A stretch of 64,000 nucleotides of DNA from Octopus sinensis (GCF_006345805.1 NC_043007.1:39494001-39558000), one strand, 5' to 3'. Numbered from the stretch's first letter, positions 13,411 through 27,480 are shown. The notes: generated from the letters alone by a model not told the origin. Program-made: numbers and translations.

Positions 13411-13800
13411 CCTCTATGTGGCCACCCAATGCACTAGAAACAGCAATCAAGTCTTCCTCAGATCACACCTTCCAATCTTGAATGACTGAACTAGAGTTTC
13501 TATGTGGCCACCCAATGCACTAGAAACAGAAGTCAAATCTTCCTCACATTACACCTTCCCATCATGAACGACTGAACAAGAGTCTCTATGTGGCCACCCA
13601 ATGCACTAGAAACAGCAGTCAAGTCTTCCTCAAATAACACCTTCCCATCGTGAATGAGTAAATGAGGGAGTCTGTATGTGGCCACCCAATGCATTAGAAA
13701 CAGCAATCAAGTCTTCCTCAAATGACACCTTTCCATCGTGAATGATTGAAGAAGAGAGTCTCTATGTGGCCACCCAATTCGCTAGAAACAGCAGTCACAT
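13411..13800 (+). repeat. Tandem array of five 86-88 bp units derived from a dispersed repeat
   Basis: ctatgtggccacccaatgcactagaaacagca starts near 13414, 13500, 13586, 13674 and 13762. The whole unit is homologous. Related dispersed copies lie at ~10365-10425 (-), ~13930-13985 and ~19290-19360 (-). Confidence 0.92.
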
Positions 13801-14065
13801 CAAAATGTTGTCACACATTTTAATTGACAAACAGGCATGGATTGCAGTGTCATTGAGAAGTTTCTTTCGTAGCTGACCACATGGGTTAGAGTTTAGCCCC
13901 ATCCAAACTAGGCTACAAGTCAATGAAGGAGCTTCTAGATGGTCTATAGGGCTGTTAGAAATAACAGACAAATCTCTTTCAAAGGATACTATTGCTTTTA
14001 TGTTTTAAAAGAAAGAAGGACACATGACAGATGATGTAATCCAGAATATACTATTTCCGAAAAAT

Positions 14066-14342
14066 AGGTGCTGGCTTGGTTGTGTGGTAAGAAGTTAGCT
14101 TCCTAACCATTTGGTTCAAGGTTCAGTCCCATGGCACGGCACTTTGGACAGGTGCTTTTTACTATAGCCTTGGGCTGGCCAGTCTTGAAAGTGGCAGTAG
14201 ACAAAAACTGAAAAAAAGCTCATCATTTGCATGTGTGTGTTTGTCCCCCATCACATCTTGACAATGGGTGCTGGTTTATTTACATCCTTGTAACTTAAGA
14301 GTTCAGCAAAAGAAGCCAATAGAATACCAGGTTTTAAAAAAA
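14066..14342 (+). mobile_element. Degenerate SINE family B (CORE-like)
   Basis: gtgtggtaagaagttagcttcctaacc...ggttcagtccc...ggcactttggacaggtgctttttactatagcc aligns to the cleaner copy at 62.06 kb. Confidence 0.75.
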
Positions 14343-15186
14343 AGCACTGGAGGAGGGGAGGGTGATAAAACAGCATTGGAGGAGGAGGAAGAAGATGAAG
14401 GAGGGGAAGAAGGAGGAGGAGAAGGAGGAGGAGGCAGGAGGGGAGAGAAGAAGAAGAGAAGAAGAAGAAGAAGAAGAAGAAGAAGAAGAAGAAGAAACAG
14501 AAGGAAGAGAAGAAGAAAGGAGCAGAAGACAAGTCCATGTAGGACAACAAGAACAACTACAAGACATGAAGATTCTGCCAGCACAGACAGACAGACAGAA
14601 AGATTCTCCTGTCATTCCATTTTCTTTCTTCATTGCCCCACCCTTACTCTCTCTCTCTCTCTCTCCCCCCTCCACCTCTCCTGGCTCCTTCCCTCTCCCT
14701 CTGTTGTGGTGTAATTATTATAGTTTATCTTTATTTCTCCATTGATGAGAGGGGTCAACAGTTTGACCTGTCTCCTTTCTTCCCATGATGAAACAATTAG
14801 AACACACACACACACACACACACACAAAGTAAGCTAGCTAAAGATACAAATCACCAGCAGGATGGGGTGAGGGGGGGAGCATGTCAGCTCAATTTTTGCT
14901 TTTCATCTCTTCACATCCATCCTTTATATCTTTTGTTTTATATATATATGTGTGTGTGTATGCATGTATATGTATATGTATATATATATTATAATACAAA
15001 TTTTGCCAATGCAAATGACTACCAATCCCACTGGATTCTGTTTTATGTGATATATATACATACACACACACATATATATATATATACATATATACATTTA
15101 CATATCTATCTATCTGTCTATATACACACACACACATATATACATACATGCATATATATTATATATATATATATATATATATCATA

Positions 15187-15217
<31 letters not shown>

Positions 15218-15743
15218 ACACCACAAACACATATACACATACAAATACATGAATACATACATACACATATAATTCATTAAAGACATAACCGTCAACTGTC
15301 TGTACTGGAGTTTTAATTTTTTTTTTTCTCATCTTAGATTTTTCATATTTATAATTTTTTTTGTTTTTCTTTACAAGTTTGGAACATTAAACTTTTTATC
15401 CGAAATCCATATTCAATGTTTCCAGACATTCACACACTAATTTTTAAGAATTGAAATAGATTTAGCATCTGTATTGTTTCTTATATATTCTTTGAATTCA
15501 CAGATACTATTCTGATATTCTGAGACTATTCTGTGACTATTTAATAAGAGCATTCTTTTTTTTTTTTTTTTTTTTTTCCATTTCACCACTAGGCTTCTAA
15601 CTCAGCAGCCATGCATTGTTTTGCTTTGATGTGGTCAAATAGTTGACCATCAGGTTTGAATGCTAGTCAGCATGTGTTAACCTTCTTAGAGAGCATGTTG
15701 TGTCTGTGGTATAGTGAATGATCTTACCATCAGCATGTAGCTA

Positions 15744-16072
15744 TAGGGGTCTCAACTAGGGTCCATATCAGATTTTTGAGGTTCCACATAACAAAAGGGT
15801 AAATTGGGGAACCAACAGAACTTTAAGGGGCCCTGAAAAAATTTTGCTTTAGATGTCTGTAGTGGAACATATTGCAAGAAACAGCTAGGATTCTTTCTCT
15901 AACATTTTACATAGTTCAACCTACACAAGTTAATGTGTGGAAAACAAAATAGGAATTTTCAAAGAAACTTCTATAAAACTTGTTTTTAAACATCACCTGG
16001 TTACAGGGGTCAACCAGCATAAAATAGTAATCAAAGGGGTTCACAGATGAAAAAAAATGGTTGAGAACCACT
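15744..16072. mobile_element. hAT-type MITE
   Basis: Termini TAGGGGTCTCAAC ... GGTTGAGAACCACTG (CAGTGGTTCTCAAC-type TIR). No clean TSD. Confidence 0.7.
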
Positions 16073-16139
16073 GCTGTAGACCAAGAAATATATTTTGGAA
16101 GAGAAGTTTTACTCATTTTTTGCAGTCAACTTTTTTATA

Positions 16140-16285
16140 TTCTAAGCTCAAATCCTGCCAAGGGAAACTTTGCCTTTTGTCCTCTAGGGATCAATAAAAT
16201 AGAGTACCAGTGAAGTATTGGGAGTGATGTAATTGACTATCTCCCACTAAAATTGCAGGTTTTGTGCCAACATTTGAAGCAATAT
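16140..16285 (+). mobile_element. Degenerate SINE family A
   Basis: gctcaaatcctgccaagggaaactttgccttttgtcctctagggatcaataaaatagagtaccag matches the CpG-decayed family core. Confidence 0.65.
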
Positions 16286-17090
16286 TTCGGTCTCTCCTCT
16301 GTGTGTGGAAGATCTCTCTCATCTTGGGAGATCTCTCCCATCTTCACTCTCTTTCTCTCTTACCCATTCTCTTTACCACTTTCTCTCTCTCTCTCTCTGG
16401 TGTTCTTGGTAATGTGATGGTAGGGATGGCAATGGTGGTGGCAGTGGTGATGGTGGTGGAGGAGGTGTTCCTTGGTTGGTTGTGGTTGGTAATGGTACTG
16501 ATGATTGGACATAATGGTGGTGTTGTTATTGTTGGAGGTGTCTGTATTTCTCAGTCCTTTTCTCAGTAGCTCTCTTTCTCACTCAACCGTTTTCCTTTCC
16601 ACCCACCCCTCTCTCTCTCTGTCCCTCTCTTTTTTACTGGTTCTTCCTCTTCCCTTTCCAATTTTAAACTTGTTACATTTTCTCTTCTTCACAGGACAGT
16701 GGTCAGTGTGAAACAGTAGGACAGAGATATAGAGATGGATAGAGAGAGGGAAAGAAAGAAAGAAAGAGAGATAGAGACAGACAGACAGACTGACATGGAC
16801 CAAGAAGAGAGTAGGGGAAGAAAGAAATGAGTATGAAGAACAGAAGGAAAAGAGCCAGAAAGATGATAGAAAAACAAAAAAAAACAAATTGCTAAAACTA
16901 AAATGAAAAACAAATGTAAAAATATATTAAGAATCTACTAATAAAAAACAAAAACAAATATGATTTGAGAGAGAGAGAGAGAAAGGGGGAGAGTAGGAGA
17001 GAAAAGGGAAGAACTTCAAATTTAAAGTGAAACAGTAATGCAAATAACAAAAAAAAAAACCTCAGGGAAAAAAACAAGAACCAAACATCA

Positions 17091-17129
<39 letters not shown>

Positions 17130-17724
17130 TATTATTATTATTAGAAAGGCATTTTCATTCTCTCTTCTTTCCTCATACTTTCTGGATATTAACTCTTGCC
17201 CGCTCCTGGCACATCAAATAATGATGATGATGATGATGATGATAATATGAAGGTGGTGGTGGTGGTGATGGTACTTTTAATATTAATGTTTTTTTTCTTC
17301 TATAATTGGAAATTGGAGAAACATTTTGTCCTTCTTTCGTTCTCCCTCACTTTCTTCTCTACTTTGTCTTTCTTTCTTTTTAGCTTTCTTCCATTCATTC
17401 TGCATCTCTCCCTTTCTCACCATACAATCATTATCATCATCATCATAGTGTAAGTACATACACACACATGCAAGCGACAGTGAAATATTTCTCTCTCTCT
17501 CCCCATATATAATATGTGCACATACATACATACATACATATATATATATATATATTATTTGAGGGAATAAAAATCAAACTTACAAGGAAAAAGAATTCAA
17601 TTTAGAAATACTAAATCAATTCCACACAATATAATTTATATATATATACATAATATACGTATATATCTATATATATAATATATATATATATAATATTATA
17701 TATATATATATATACATATATATA

Positions 17725-17759
<35 letters not shown>

Positions 17760-17836
17760 CCCATATATATATATACATATATACATATATACACATACAT
17801 ATATCACATATATATATATACATATTATATCTATAT

Positions 17837-17867
<31 letters not shown>

Positions 17868-17868
17868 C

Positions 17869-17901
<33 letters not shown>

Positions 17902-20387
17902 TATTTCTCTATCACTAACCCTCTCGCTTTCCTATCTATCTCTGATTTGTTTCTCTGTCACTAATTCTCTCTCATTCTCTGTTTCTTTAACACTATTCTT
18001 CTCTCTCCCTCTCTGCATTTCTCTCTGTCTCTCTTTCACACACACACACACACACACACATTGACTCTCATTTGTCTCACTCATTGTCAATCTATCTGTA
18101 TGTTTGTCATACACACACACACCACACACACACACACACAAATAAACAAAAACACAAACACTCACACATACATCTCCCCCCTCTCTCTCCCTCCCGTTCT
18201 GTTCTCTCTGTCTCTGTCTGTCTCTCTGTCTTTCTCTTGCACGCTCTCTCTCTCTGTCTTTCTGTTTCTTCTGCTTGTATCTCTTGTTATAATGGGCTGT
18301 GATATCTTGAAAGGTTGGTAGGAAGGATGACAAACGAGAGAGAGAGAGAGAGAGGAGTGGAGGAGAGAGAGTGGAAGGGAGAGAGAGAGAGTGGGAGGGA
18401 GAGAGAGTGGGAGGGAGAGAGAGTTAGAGAGAGAGATCAAAGCTGGCCAAGTAAAAAGAGGAAGATAATAAAAAGTCTCCAGTTTCAAAATTACAGAGTC
18501 TGTGAACAACAATTAGGAAGGTTACTTTTGAAAAATATCATCATGGCTACTTTCCTGGCGATTGCTGCTCTTAGACTTTGTTTTCCTTATGTTTTCTTCT
18601 TCTTCCTTTCCTTTCCTTTTAGATATTTATTTATTTATTTATTTATTTATCAAGGCTTCTTTAGATTTGCTCCATTCTGGCCTTAACTCATTAGTTTGTT
18701 TTTTTTTCTCCTTTTTGTTAGTATTGTTGTTTTTTTTTGTGTGTTTATGTGTGGGTTTTTTTTTAATATATATATTTTGCTGTTTGCTTTTCCGAAAAAG
18801 AACAAGAAAAGATATCCTCCACCCACCCCCATCATTTTTTCCACCTCTTCTGCAAAGGGGTAGGGGTTTTGGGTCAAAGGCAGCAACACCCCCACCCTCT
18901 TTCTGTCCTAGCTGCACCCCACCTTACTAACTAGCTAACTAACTAACTAATTGACCTGAAGGGCTGATTGACAACTGGTGGTGATGGTGGTGGTGGTGAT
19001 GCAGATGGTTGTAATGGTAGTGGTGGTGGTGGTAGTAGTGGTGGCGGTGGTGGTGGTGTTCCTTGGTTGGTTTGTGGTTGGTGATGATGCTGCTGATATG
19101 GACAGTAATGGTGCTGTTGTTATTGTTGAAGGTGTCCCTGACGTCTTTAGTTGTTTAACCCCAGGTCAATTCCACTCAGATTTGGGCAAACCAAAAATCA
19201 AATGAATTTCCAATCATGGCCATCCCTGTCGCATTAGGGGGATGCTATACATGGATACACAGTCTACTGTATCTATTTTCTAACTTTAAAGGCAGTTGTG
19301 TGCGATTTGAGAGAGGTTTCGGCAGTTATTTCTAGCAGCAGGAGTCACCACATGAAAACACTCTCTTTGGGTGGGCTATTTCTCTTGATGTTATGTTGTT
19401 GTTATTAGTGGTGCAGAAGAAGTGGCTGGGTAAAAGTGGTGGTGGTGGTAGTAGTGGTGGTTGTGGTGGTAGTGATGGTTTTAGGATGGAAAGGGAAGTG
19501 GCAGGATCTGAGTTAAGGTCACTTCCACCACCACCACCACCAACATCAACACTACCACCATCATCATCACCATGACCACCACAAGAAAAAAACCATCCAT
19601 TTGCAACAGTGGTACTGGTGGTGGTGGTGGTGGTGGAGGAGGAGGTGCAGAAAGGAGTGCTGGTTGATTTGCAGCTGGAGGGGGTAGGTGGGGGTTGAGG
19701 TAAAAGAACTGCTAAGGCCCAGGGGGTGGGGCAGTAGAAGGGGGATTAAAAAGAGCAGCATTTCCACCACAAACAACCACAACAATAACAACAACAATAC
19801 TACCCAATCATCCCCCACCCCATGTGTCTTTCACTCCACCCACCACCCATTATCAACCACCTTTTCTTAATGGCTTTTCCTTTAGAACTGACAAACACCT
19901 AACAACTCCAGCCAACTTAATCCAGTCCAGCCCATCCTACATGCACACACATTCATGTCCACACACACAACACACACACACATCTGTATACATTCACATA
20001 TACACATATATACACTCATTCACACCAACCATTTTACCTTACATAGTTAACACATTCATGCTTTGCCAAAAAATATGGCCAAAGTGTGAAAATTATTCAT
20101 GTGTCCATATTATATATATAGATACATACACACACATATATATACACACACATATATATATATATATTATATATATATTATATATATATATACATATATA
20201 GATGTATGCATATGAATGTATAAAAATGTATTTGTATATAAGCATTGTATATCTGTATAAATACACACGAATTTTTATTTATGTATCTAAATGTAGAGGT
20301 GTGTATATATATATATATTTATATATATACATACATACATACATGTATATATGACTGTGTGTGTAAATACATATATACATATATATG

Positions 20388-20418
<31 letters not shown>

Positions 20419-20442
20419 TTGCATACACACACAAATGTATAC

Positions 20443-20473
<31 letters not shown>

Positions 20474-21774
20474 CGCACACTGACATGAGAAAAATTCAAG
20501 AAGCTAACTAGCTAACTAACTGTCATCTTTATTCTTTTATGCCATTAATGGCACATGGCACTGCTCTCTGAACTGACAACAACAACAAAAAATAAAGAGT
20601 AATAAAAAAAAAATCAGAAAAACAGATAAACACCCCCACCAAAAAAAAAAAATCAGATCACCAGCCAATACTGCTTCCTCTCCAAATGGCTGAAAAAATT
20701 CCAAGCCAACACCTCAACCAAAAACAAAAAAAGAAAGGGAAAGAAAAAAAAACTAAAGAAGGAAATAAAGGGAGACTAATCACATGCACACATAAAAGTC
20801 TGTGTGTGTGTGTGTGTATATATATATTATATATATATGTATGTATATTTATTTGCAAGATGACATGACCAAACTTTGGCCAACCAATACTGTATAGAAC
20901 TGTTCTCACTTGGATTATTTTTTCCTTTTTCTTTTTTACAATGTTTCATGCTATTTCTGTCTCAGAACTGATTATAGAAAACTCTTTATATATAATAAAT
21001 ATAATACACACATACAAATATGCACACGTTTGTGTACATGTATGGGTGTGTGAGTATGTATATGTATGTTTATATACATATATATATATATACATACACA
21101 CATATATATAAGCATGTATATATATACATATACATGCACAAATGTACATATAGTATGTATGCCTAAGTACTGTATGCAATAAGCTCATTATGTATACCTA
21201 CACATACACACATACACATATATAGACAATGCATACATATGCACATATAATACATGCATATGCACATACACTAGTGGTGTGTAGCTCAGAGAGAAAGAAA
21301 GTGAGAGAGAAAGAGAGGGAAACATAGACTGAGAAGAAATGGAGGGACAGGAGGTGAGGTAGCATGATAATAGAATTATGACATTCAAAGAAAAAAGGGC
21401 TTAGCAGATAGTGGGGTCACCAAGTGCTCCACGGTTTACCTTGACATGGCTTCTATGGCTTGATGCCCTTTTTAATGCCAATCCCTTTACACAAACAGGA
21501 TGGGTTTCTTAATTTTTTTTTTCTGTATAAGCATCACTGAGGAGATCACCATGCAGCTTGTAAGACTACAAACACTGAGTGAGGCAAAAACAGGGGTTAA
21601 AGTATAAGGGAAGGGACCAGAGCAGAACATGCTTCTTGCTGTGAAGCAGTTGTTCTGAACCATATTTTGGTCAATGGATAATCTCTGGTTCCTATTTTAT
21701 TCTACAGGACTCCCATGTTACAAAAAAGTCCTATTATGATTTTATAATTAAATCATCATCATCATCATTTTTAA

Positions 21775-22075
21775 TGGCCTCCTTTCATGCTGGCAAGGGC
21801 TGAATGGTTTGACAGGAGCTGGCCAGGCAGAAGACTGCATCAACTGTCTGTTTTGGTATGGTTCTTAAGACTGGAAGCCCTTCCTAACACCAACCACTCC
21901 ACAGGGTGGGCTGAATGCTTTTTACTTGGCACCAGCATAGGCGAGATCAATTTTGGCATCGTTTTTACAGCTGGAAGCCCTTCCAAATGCCAACCACTTT
22001 ACAGTGTGGATTGGATGCTTTTTAAGTGGCACCAGTACTGGCAGAGTCACCAAGTAACTTGCAAGACAAGGAATC
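21775..22075 (+). mobile_element. Dispersed repeat with two GGAAGCCCTTCC..CCAACCACT modules (RTE/SINE-tail like)
   Basis: ctggaagcccttcctaacaccaaccactccacag and ctggaagcccttccaaatgccaaccactttacag; a related piece lies at ~21450-21500. Confidence 0.55.
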
Positions 22076-24243
22076 TTGAATATTATTAGGAATTGTATTT
22101 AAAAAATTGTTAAAACATTTTGTGTATTGTAGATGTACAAGCAATTTATTGCACATAAACTTTAATGACAAAATCTTCTATGGACCCCACCAAGGGTCAT
22201 ATGGACCCCCAGTTAAAAACCACTGTGGTAGAGGGACTACATTGGTACTCACATGGACATCCTCATCACATCTTAAAAGAGAGGGTGATAGTGATCAGAG
22301 CAGAGCTGGGTGGAGGAGGGTGATGGGGTGTCTGGGTTGGACCCAAGTAGCAGCAATGTGGATAGAGGAACTAGGAGTATGGGTGAATACAGGTTGCAAG
22401 GGAATACAGGGGTTTATACCACAATATTTTCTGCTTTGGTCCACTTGGCACTGTGCATTCCTTGTGTTGCAATGGCTGTGATATACAGCTGCCTCAGATC
22501 AGGAGAGGAGCAGCCCATTTCACCCATTCCAAGTTGAGGAATGGGTGAAGAGGACAGCAATAAAGTTTGTGAAGGGTTTTAGAAGTCATATGTGCTTGCG
22601 ATCACAAAAAAGCAAGTATGACATGGTAGCATGTACCCTGCTTTCACTAACTGTTTTAGGTGCCCGTGTACACACAGGTGCCCTCTCTGCTCTTTGATCC
22701 TTAATCCAGAGGAACATCAAATACAATGATGTCTAGAAGGAGAAAGGGCTTCATCGACATTTGACTGGTACCTGCTCTCAGTCTCTGAGTAGAACTGAAG
22801 CAATGTGAAACTAAACACTTTACTCAATAAAACAATAGACTATCCGGTCTAGGAATCAAAACCATGACTTTTTGATCACAAGCCGAAAACTTTAACCACA
22901 AGGCCAATTGGTATAATAAGTAACGTATATTGGAAGTAATTTCTGGAAATTGAAACTATATAGGTAAAGTAGTATAAAAATAAATAAATAAACAAATAGG
23001 TAGACTAAAAACGAATAAAACAAAAGCAGAAAAAAGAAAGAAAGAAAGATTAAAATGGATAATACTGAAATAAAAAGATAATAAGAAGCAAACAAAGAGA
23101 AAAGAAGCGCCACGGAGCTGAAGAAGTATTAATTACAGCACAGGTAAGCTAATCTGTACATCATAACTCATTAATCTCGTTTAAATCTCGTTAAATCCAT
23201 ACCAGCTAATTGTAAGATTAAAACTGTAAGTTTTTTACAGATAAACATCTGTATGTATGTATATATGTATGTCAGATACATGTGTGTGTATGTTTGTGTA
23301 TATATATATATGCATATATACATACACATATATATATATATACATACTATATATGTACATATACATGTATATGCATATATATGTGTGTGTATGTATGTAT
23401 ATATATGTGTGTGTGTATATATATATATACACGTATGTATATATGTGGAAATATATGAATGTGTATGTGTGCAAAACAAATGTGTGTGTGTGTGTGTGTA
23501 TGCGTGTGCATGTCTGTGTGCGTACAGATAACTGATGGCATAATTGAGATGCTATTTTTCTTGTCGTTAAGTACCAGCTTCCTAAATAAATAGATTGATG
23601 TTGACACCCATCTTAAGAGGTAATGGGAGGTTGATGCCTCTTTTGTACAGCATCATCATCATCTTCATTACCATCATCATCATCATCATCACCATCACCC
23701 CTACCTTACTCATTTACAGCATTACCCCTATCGTCATTATCATCATCACCCTCATCATCCTCACTAGTACCACCACCTTCCTTACCCCCCCCTCGTCATC
23801 TTCATCAGCAGCAGATTTGGCATTAGCATTACCATCATCATCATCATCACCATCACCATCTCCATTAAATCTTCACTGCCAGCCACCATCTTCATAGCGA
23901 TTACCATCATCGCGTTTTCATGGTCAGTGTCATCATCATCATCATCATCACCATGGTCATCCTCATGACATTTCCATCATGACCATCTTCAGCCTTGGCA
24001 GTGTTATCTCCAATCTCCATCATCATTATCATCACCCTATATGGTCATCATAATCATCACTATAAACAACAGCAGCATTACTGTACTGGACCAATGTATT
24101 TATATATTAATATATATATGTATACATCTGTACACCACACACACACATGTATATGTGTGTGTGTGTATGTGTGTATGCATACATATATACATATCAAAAC
24201 ACATCAAAGGTTCTTCCAAAACTATAGGTTTATAAGGCCAATG

Positions 24244-24292
<49 letters not shown>

Positions 24293-24299
24293 GTTTTGT

Positions 24300-24600
24300 T
24301 TATTCCTTCTCAAGCCATGCCTGGCTCATTAGGGCTGGTTTCCTGGTTTCCTTGGTGTATAGGTTCCCCACCTGGATGGGACGCCAGTCCATCGCAGGTG
24401 AGCTGCAAGATGCAGGAGAAAAGAGTGAGAGAGAAAGTTGTGGCGAAAGAGTCAGCAGAAGTTCACCATTACCTTCTGCTGGAGCCATGTGGAGCTTAGG
24501 TGTTTTGCTCATAAACATACATATCGCCCGATCTAAGATTCGAACCCGCGATCCCTTGACTGCGAGTCCGCTGCTCTAATCACTAGGCCATGTGCCTCCA
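24300..24600 (-). mobile_element. tRNA-derived SINE family C
   Basis: Reverse-complement head ggaggcacatggcctagtgattagagcagcggactcgcagtcaagggatcgcgggttcgaatc; body contains gcgatggactggcgtcccatccagg. Confidence 0.87.
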
Positions 24601-24652
24601 CATGCGTATGTATATATATATATAAATATACATATATATATATATAAATATA

Positions 24653-24708
<56 letters not shown>

Positions 24709-25237
24709 TGTCTATGTCCATGTGTTGTCTCTCTCATTAATCAAATACCAAACGAACACTGTGAAAATGAATGTGCTTTACTAGTAAGCTACCAGGTGTA
24801 TACTATTATCTAATAATATATATATATATATATACACACACATATACACAGATAAAAAAATTATATGGTAAGCAAAAACACTGATAAAAGTAAAAAGGTA
24901 ATAAACCGAACAATATTTTCCCCAATTTATTTATTTATTTATTTATCCAATTATTTATTTATTCCTAATCTAAAACCAAAAGTCAACGCTCTAACTCGAG
25001 TTCTGACAGAAGTGAAAGATTGTGTCATATCGTAAATGATCCAACACACACGTACATGGACAAACACACACACACACACAACCATAGTACACCCAAAACC
25101 ACAATATACACAACGCATGGATACAAACGCATATAGGTGCATATATATATATAAATATATGAAATTTCTGACATGCTTTTTATCACTCTCCTGATTGCCT
25201 CATCAAATCCTGGATTAGCACCGCTATTTTGTACACA

Positions 25238-25277
<40 letters not shown>

Positions 25278-25529
25278 TACTTGCATATACGAGCTTGTTA
25301 CACTGATAGGATTAACAATAATGTCTAATAAAAAACTAAATTTAAGGTATTATGTATTATCTTCAGAAACATAAGCAGATATGCATATTAGATACACACA
25401 CACACATATATATATACACATGAAAATATATTATCCACACACACAAATGTACACACAAATGCGTATTCCTATATAGAGATAACTATCTTTCTATTTATTT
25501 CTCTATCTATATACGTGTGTGCATGTATG

Positions 25530-25560
<31 letters not shown>

Positions 25561-26349
25561 CATACATTATATATACATATATATACATATATATAAACAT
25601 ACATATATACATATATATAAACATACATATACACATATATATACATATACACACATATATACATACATAAATACACATATATACATATATAAATATACAT
25701 ATATACATAAATAAATATACATATACACACACATATATATATATACATATACACACATATATATATATACATAAACACACACACACACATATATATACAT
25801 AAACAAACACACACATACACACACACACACACACACATAGAAAATCATCATGGTGGGATTGCCTCTAAACTGAATATAAGCCAGTCATGACTGACCTAGG
25901 GCTAACTTATTCTGCTAAACAAAATAAAAATATAACAAAAAGACAAACATAGTAACAAACAATGTTATTTTGCATAGACAGGAGACCTGAGAAGTTTAGT
26001 CGGTCACTTAAACTGACCCTAGTATATAACTGGTGTTCATTTTATTTCACTGCACAACATCAAGAAATAAAAAGGAAACTGACATTGTCACAGTTTGAAC
26101 AAATACAATGATTATGAAAACAATTGCCAGATCTAGCTAATTTCCGTGGGAGGGGAATGTCCAGCCAATTTAGTGAAACCCCAATATATGAGTCTTATTT
26201 TACTGAAAGGTGAAAGATAGAAACATTGTAAATGGACAAAATTCTATGTCAGATGCTCTACCAATTTAGCTTTTTCACTAAAAAACAATGCATGAGAACA
26301 GTTTTCAAATATAATAATAATAATAACAATATTAATAATAATAATGCTT

Positions 26350-26490
26350 TCTAATGTAGGCACAAGGCCTGAAATTTTTGTGGGACTTAATTTATCGAAT
26401 CTGAAAGGGTGAAAGGCAAAGCTGACCTCAGCGGAATTTGAACTCAGAATGTAGCAAACAGGTGAAATACCGCTAAGCATTTCAGCTTTT
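26350..26490 (-). mobile_element. SINE family A, internally deleted
   Basis: gaaaggcaaagctgacctcagcggaatttgaactcagaatgtagc...gaaataccgctaagcatttc. Confidence 0.75.
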
Positions 26491-26665
26491 ATGTTCTGAG
26501 ATTATTATTATTATTGTTGTTATAATGAAACACAGAAAAACAGAAAGTTTATAAAATATTAATTAGATATAGTTAATTATTAAACCGGAAAAAAAAGACA
26601 AACAAACAGAAAAGTAGACACCAACACAAAAAATCCTTCCGAAAATTTGCAGAATTCTCCATCTG

Positions 26666-26765
26666 NNNNNNNNNNNNNNNNNNNNNNNNNNNNNNNNNNN
26701 NNNNNNNNNNNNNNNNNNNNNNNNNNNNNNNNNNNNNNNNNNNNNNNNNNNNNNNNNNNNNNNNN
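26666..26765. other. Assembly gap (100 N)
   Basis: Run of exactly 100 N, typical of a gap of unknown size. Confidence 0.99.
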
Positions 26766-26959
26766 TTGTTATTGTAAAAACCCAAACGTAGTACTATTTG
26801 TTTGGTATATATTTAAAAAGAAAAAAAAACTAAATAATAATCTAGCAACCATTGCTACCATATGAGTGGCAACTAAGATTTCTGTTCAGCAGAAAATTTC
26901 TGTTTAATATTTTTCCAGCTCCCTCCATGAAATATAACCTCTAGGAAACCCTGTGATTT

Positions 26960-27480
26960 TCGGAGTCATCATGGGTTGCTGGTTTATAAAGACCTCCTAT
27001 TTTACTACTTACAAACTGTACAAACTGTCCTGTAAATGTGTCGTGACAGGCCAATGGTCAACGTCAGTAATAACTATGTACATGGACACTGCGTTCCTTT
27101 TTTTTCCATGTACTTTGATACCAGCATTTGAGCCGTGGTTTATTGCATCAGCTTCATCTGTTTCCTAGACTCAACCTTTCCTTAAAGTTCAAGTATCTGT
27201 TTCTATAAACCTTTCTCCGGTAGAAGTTGTACACTTCCTAACCTCAACCTTGTCTTAGGGTTCAAGTACACGCTTCTATATACCTTGCCCGGATCGAAGG
27301 TGCATAACATATGTCACACGTAAGGAGGATCTCATGAAAACCATTTCTTCGATGAACTAATCAAATTCTCGCTATTACTCGTAATACACAAAATATATAT
27401 ACTATCCTGGCCTTCATTTCTAATATAAACTCATCTAGCACAGACGTTGCTTTTCTCGATACACCTCTTCTATTCTTTCT
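26960..27480 (+). mobile_element. Possible highly degraded Penelope-like RT fragment
   Basis: Frame-shifted traces of YKLYK..RPMV (cf. PKxHK..GRPIV) and PGLHF..LSSTDVAFLDT (cf. FT.E...V.FLD). Confidence 0.35.

Noticed and set aside
13411-13800. CRISPR-like look (conserved ~32-bp block at regular spacing)
   Set aside because: The 'spacers' are homologous to each other, the context is eukaryotic, there are no cas genes, and the unit has dispersed relatives.
15736-16080. 8-bp TSD for the 15.7-kb hAT MITE
   Set aside because: The flanks (tgtagcta / ctgtagac) do not match in register.
24530-24600. tRNA genes at SINE heads (also 11100, 33200, 46700, 60400)
   Set aside because: A/B boxes are present but there is no complete cloverleaf, and each continues into a SINE body.
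25025-25240. QNSGANPGFDEAIRRVIKSMSE, coding-looking island
   Set aside because: No splice signals or homology I recognise; bounded by microsatellites.
26640-26665. QME.. next to the gap as a prospero homeodomain exon (QMEKYARQ)
   Set aside because: It continues QMENSANFRKDF; no match.
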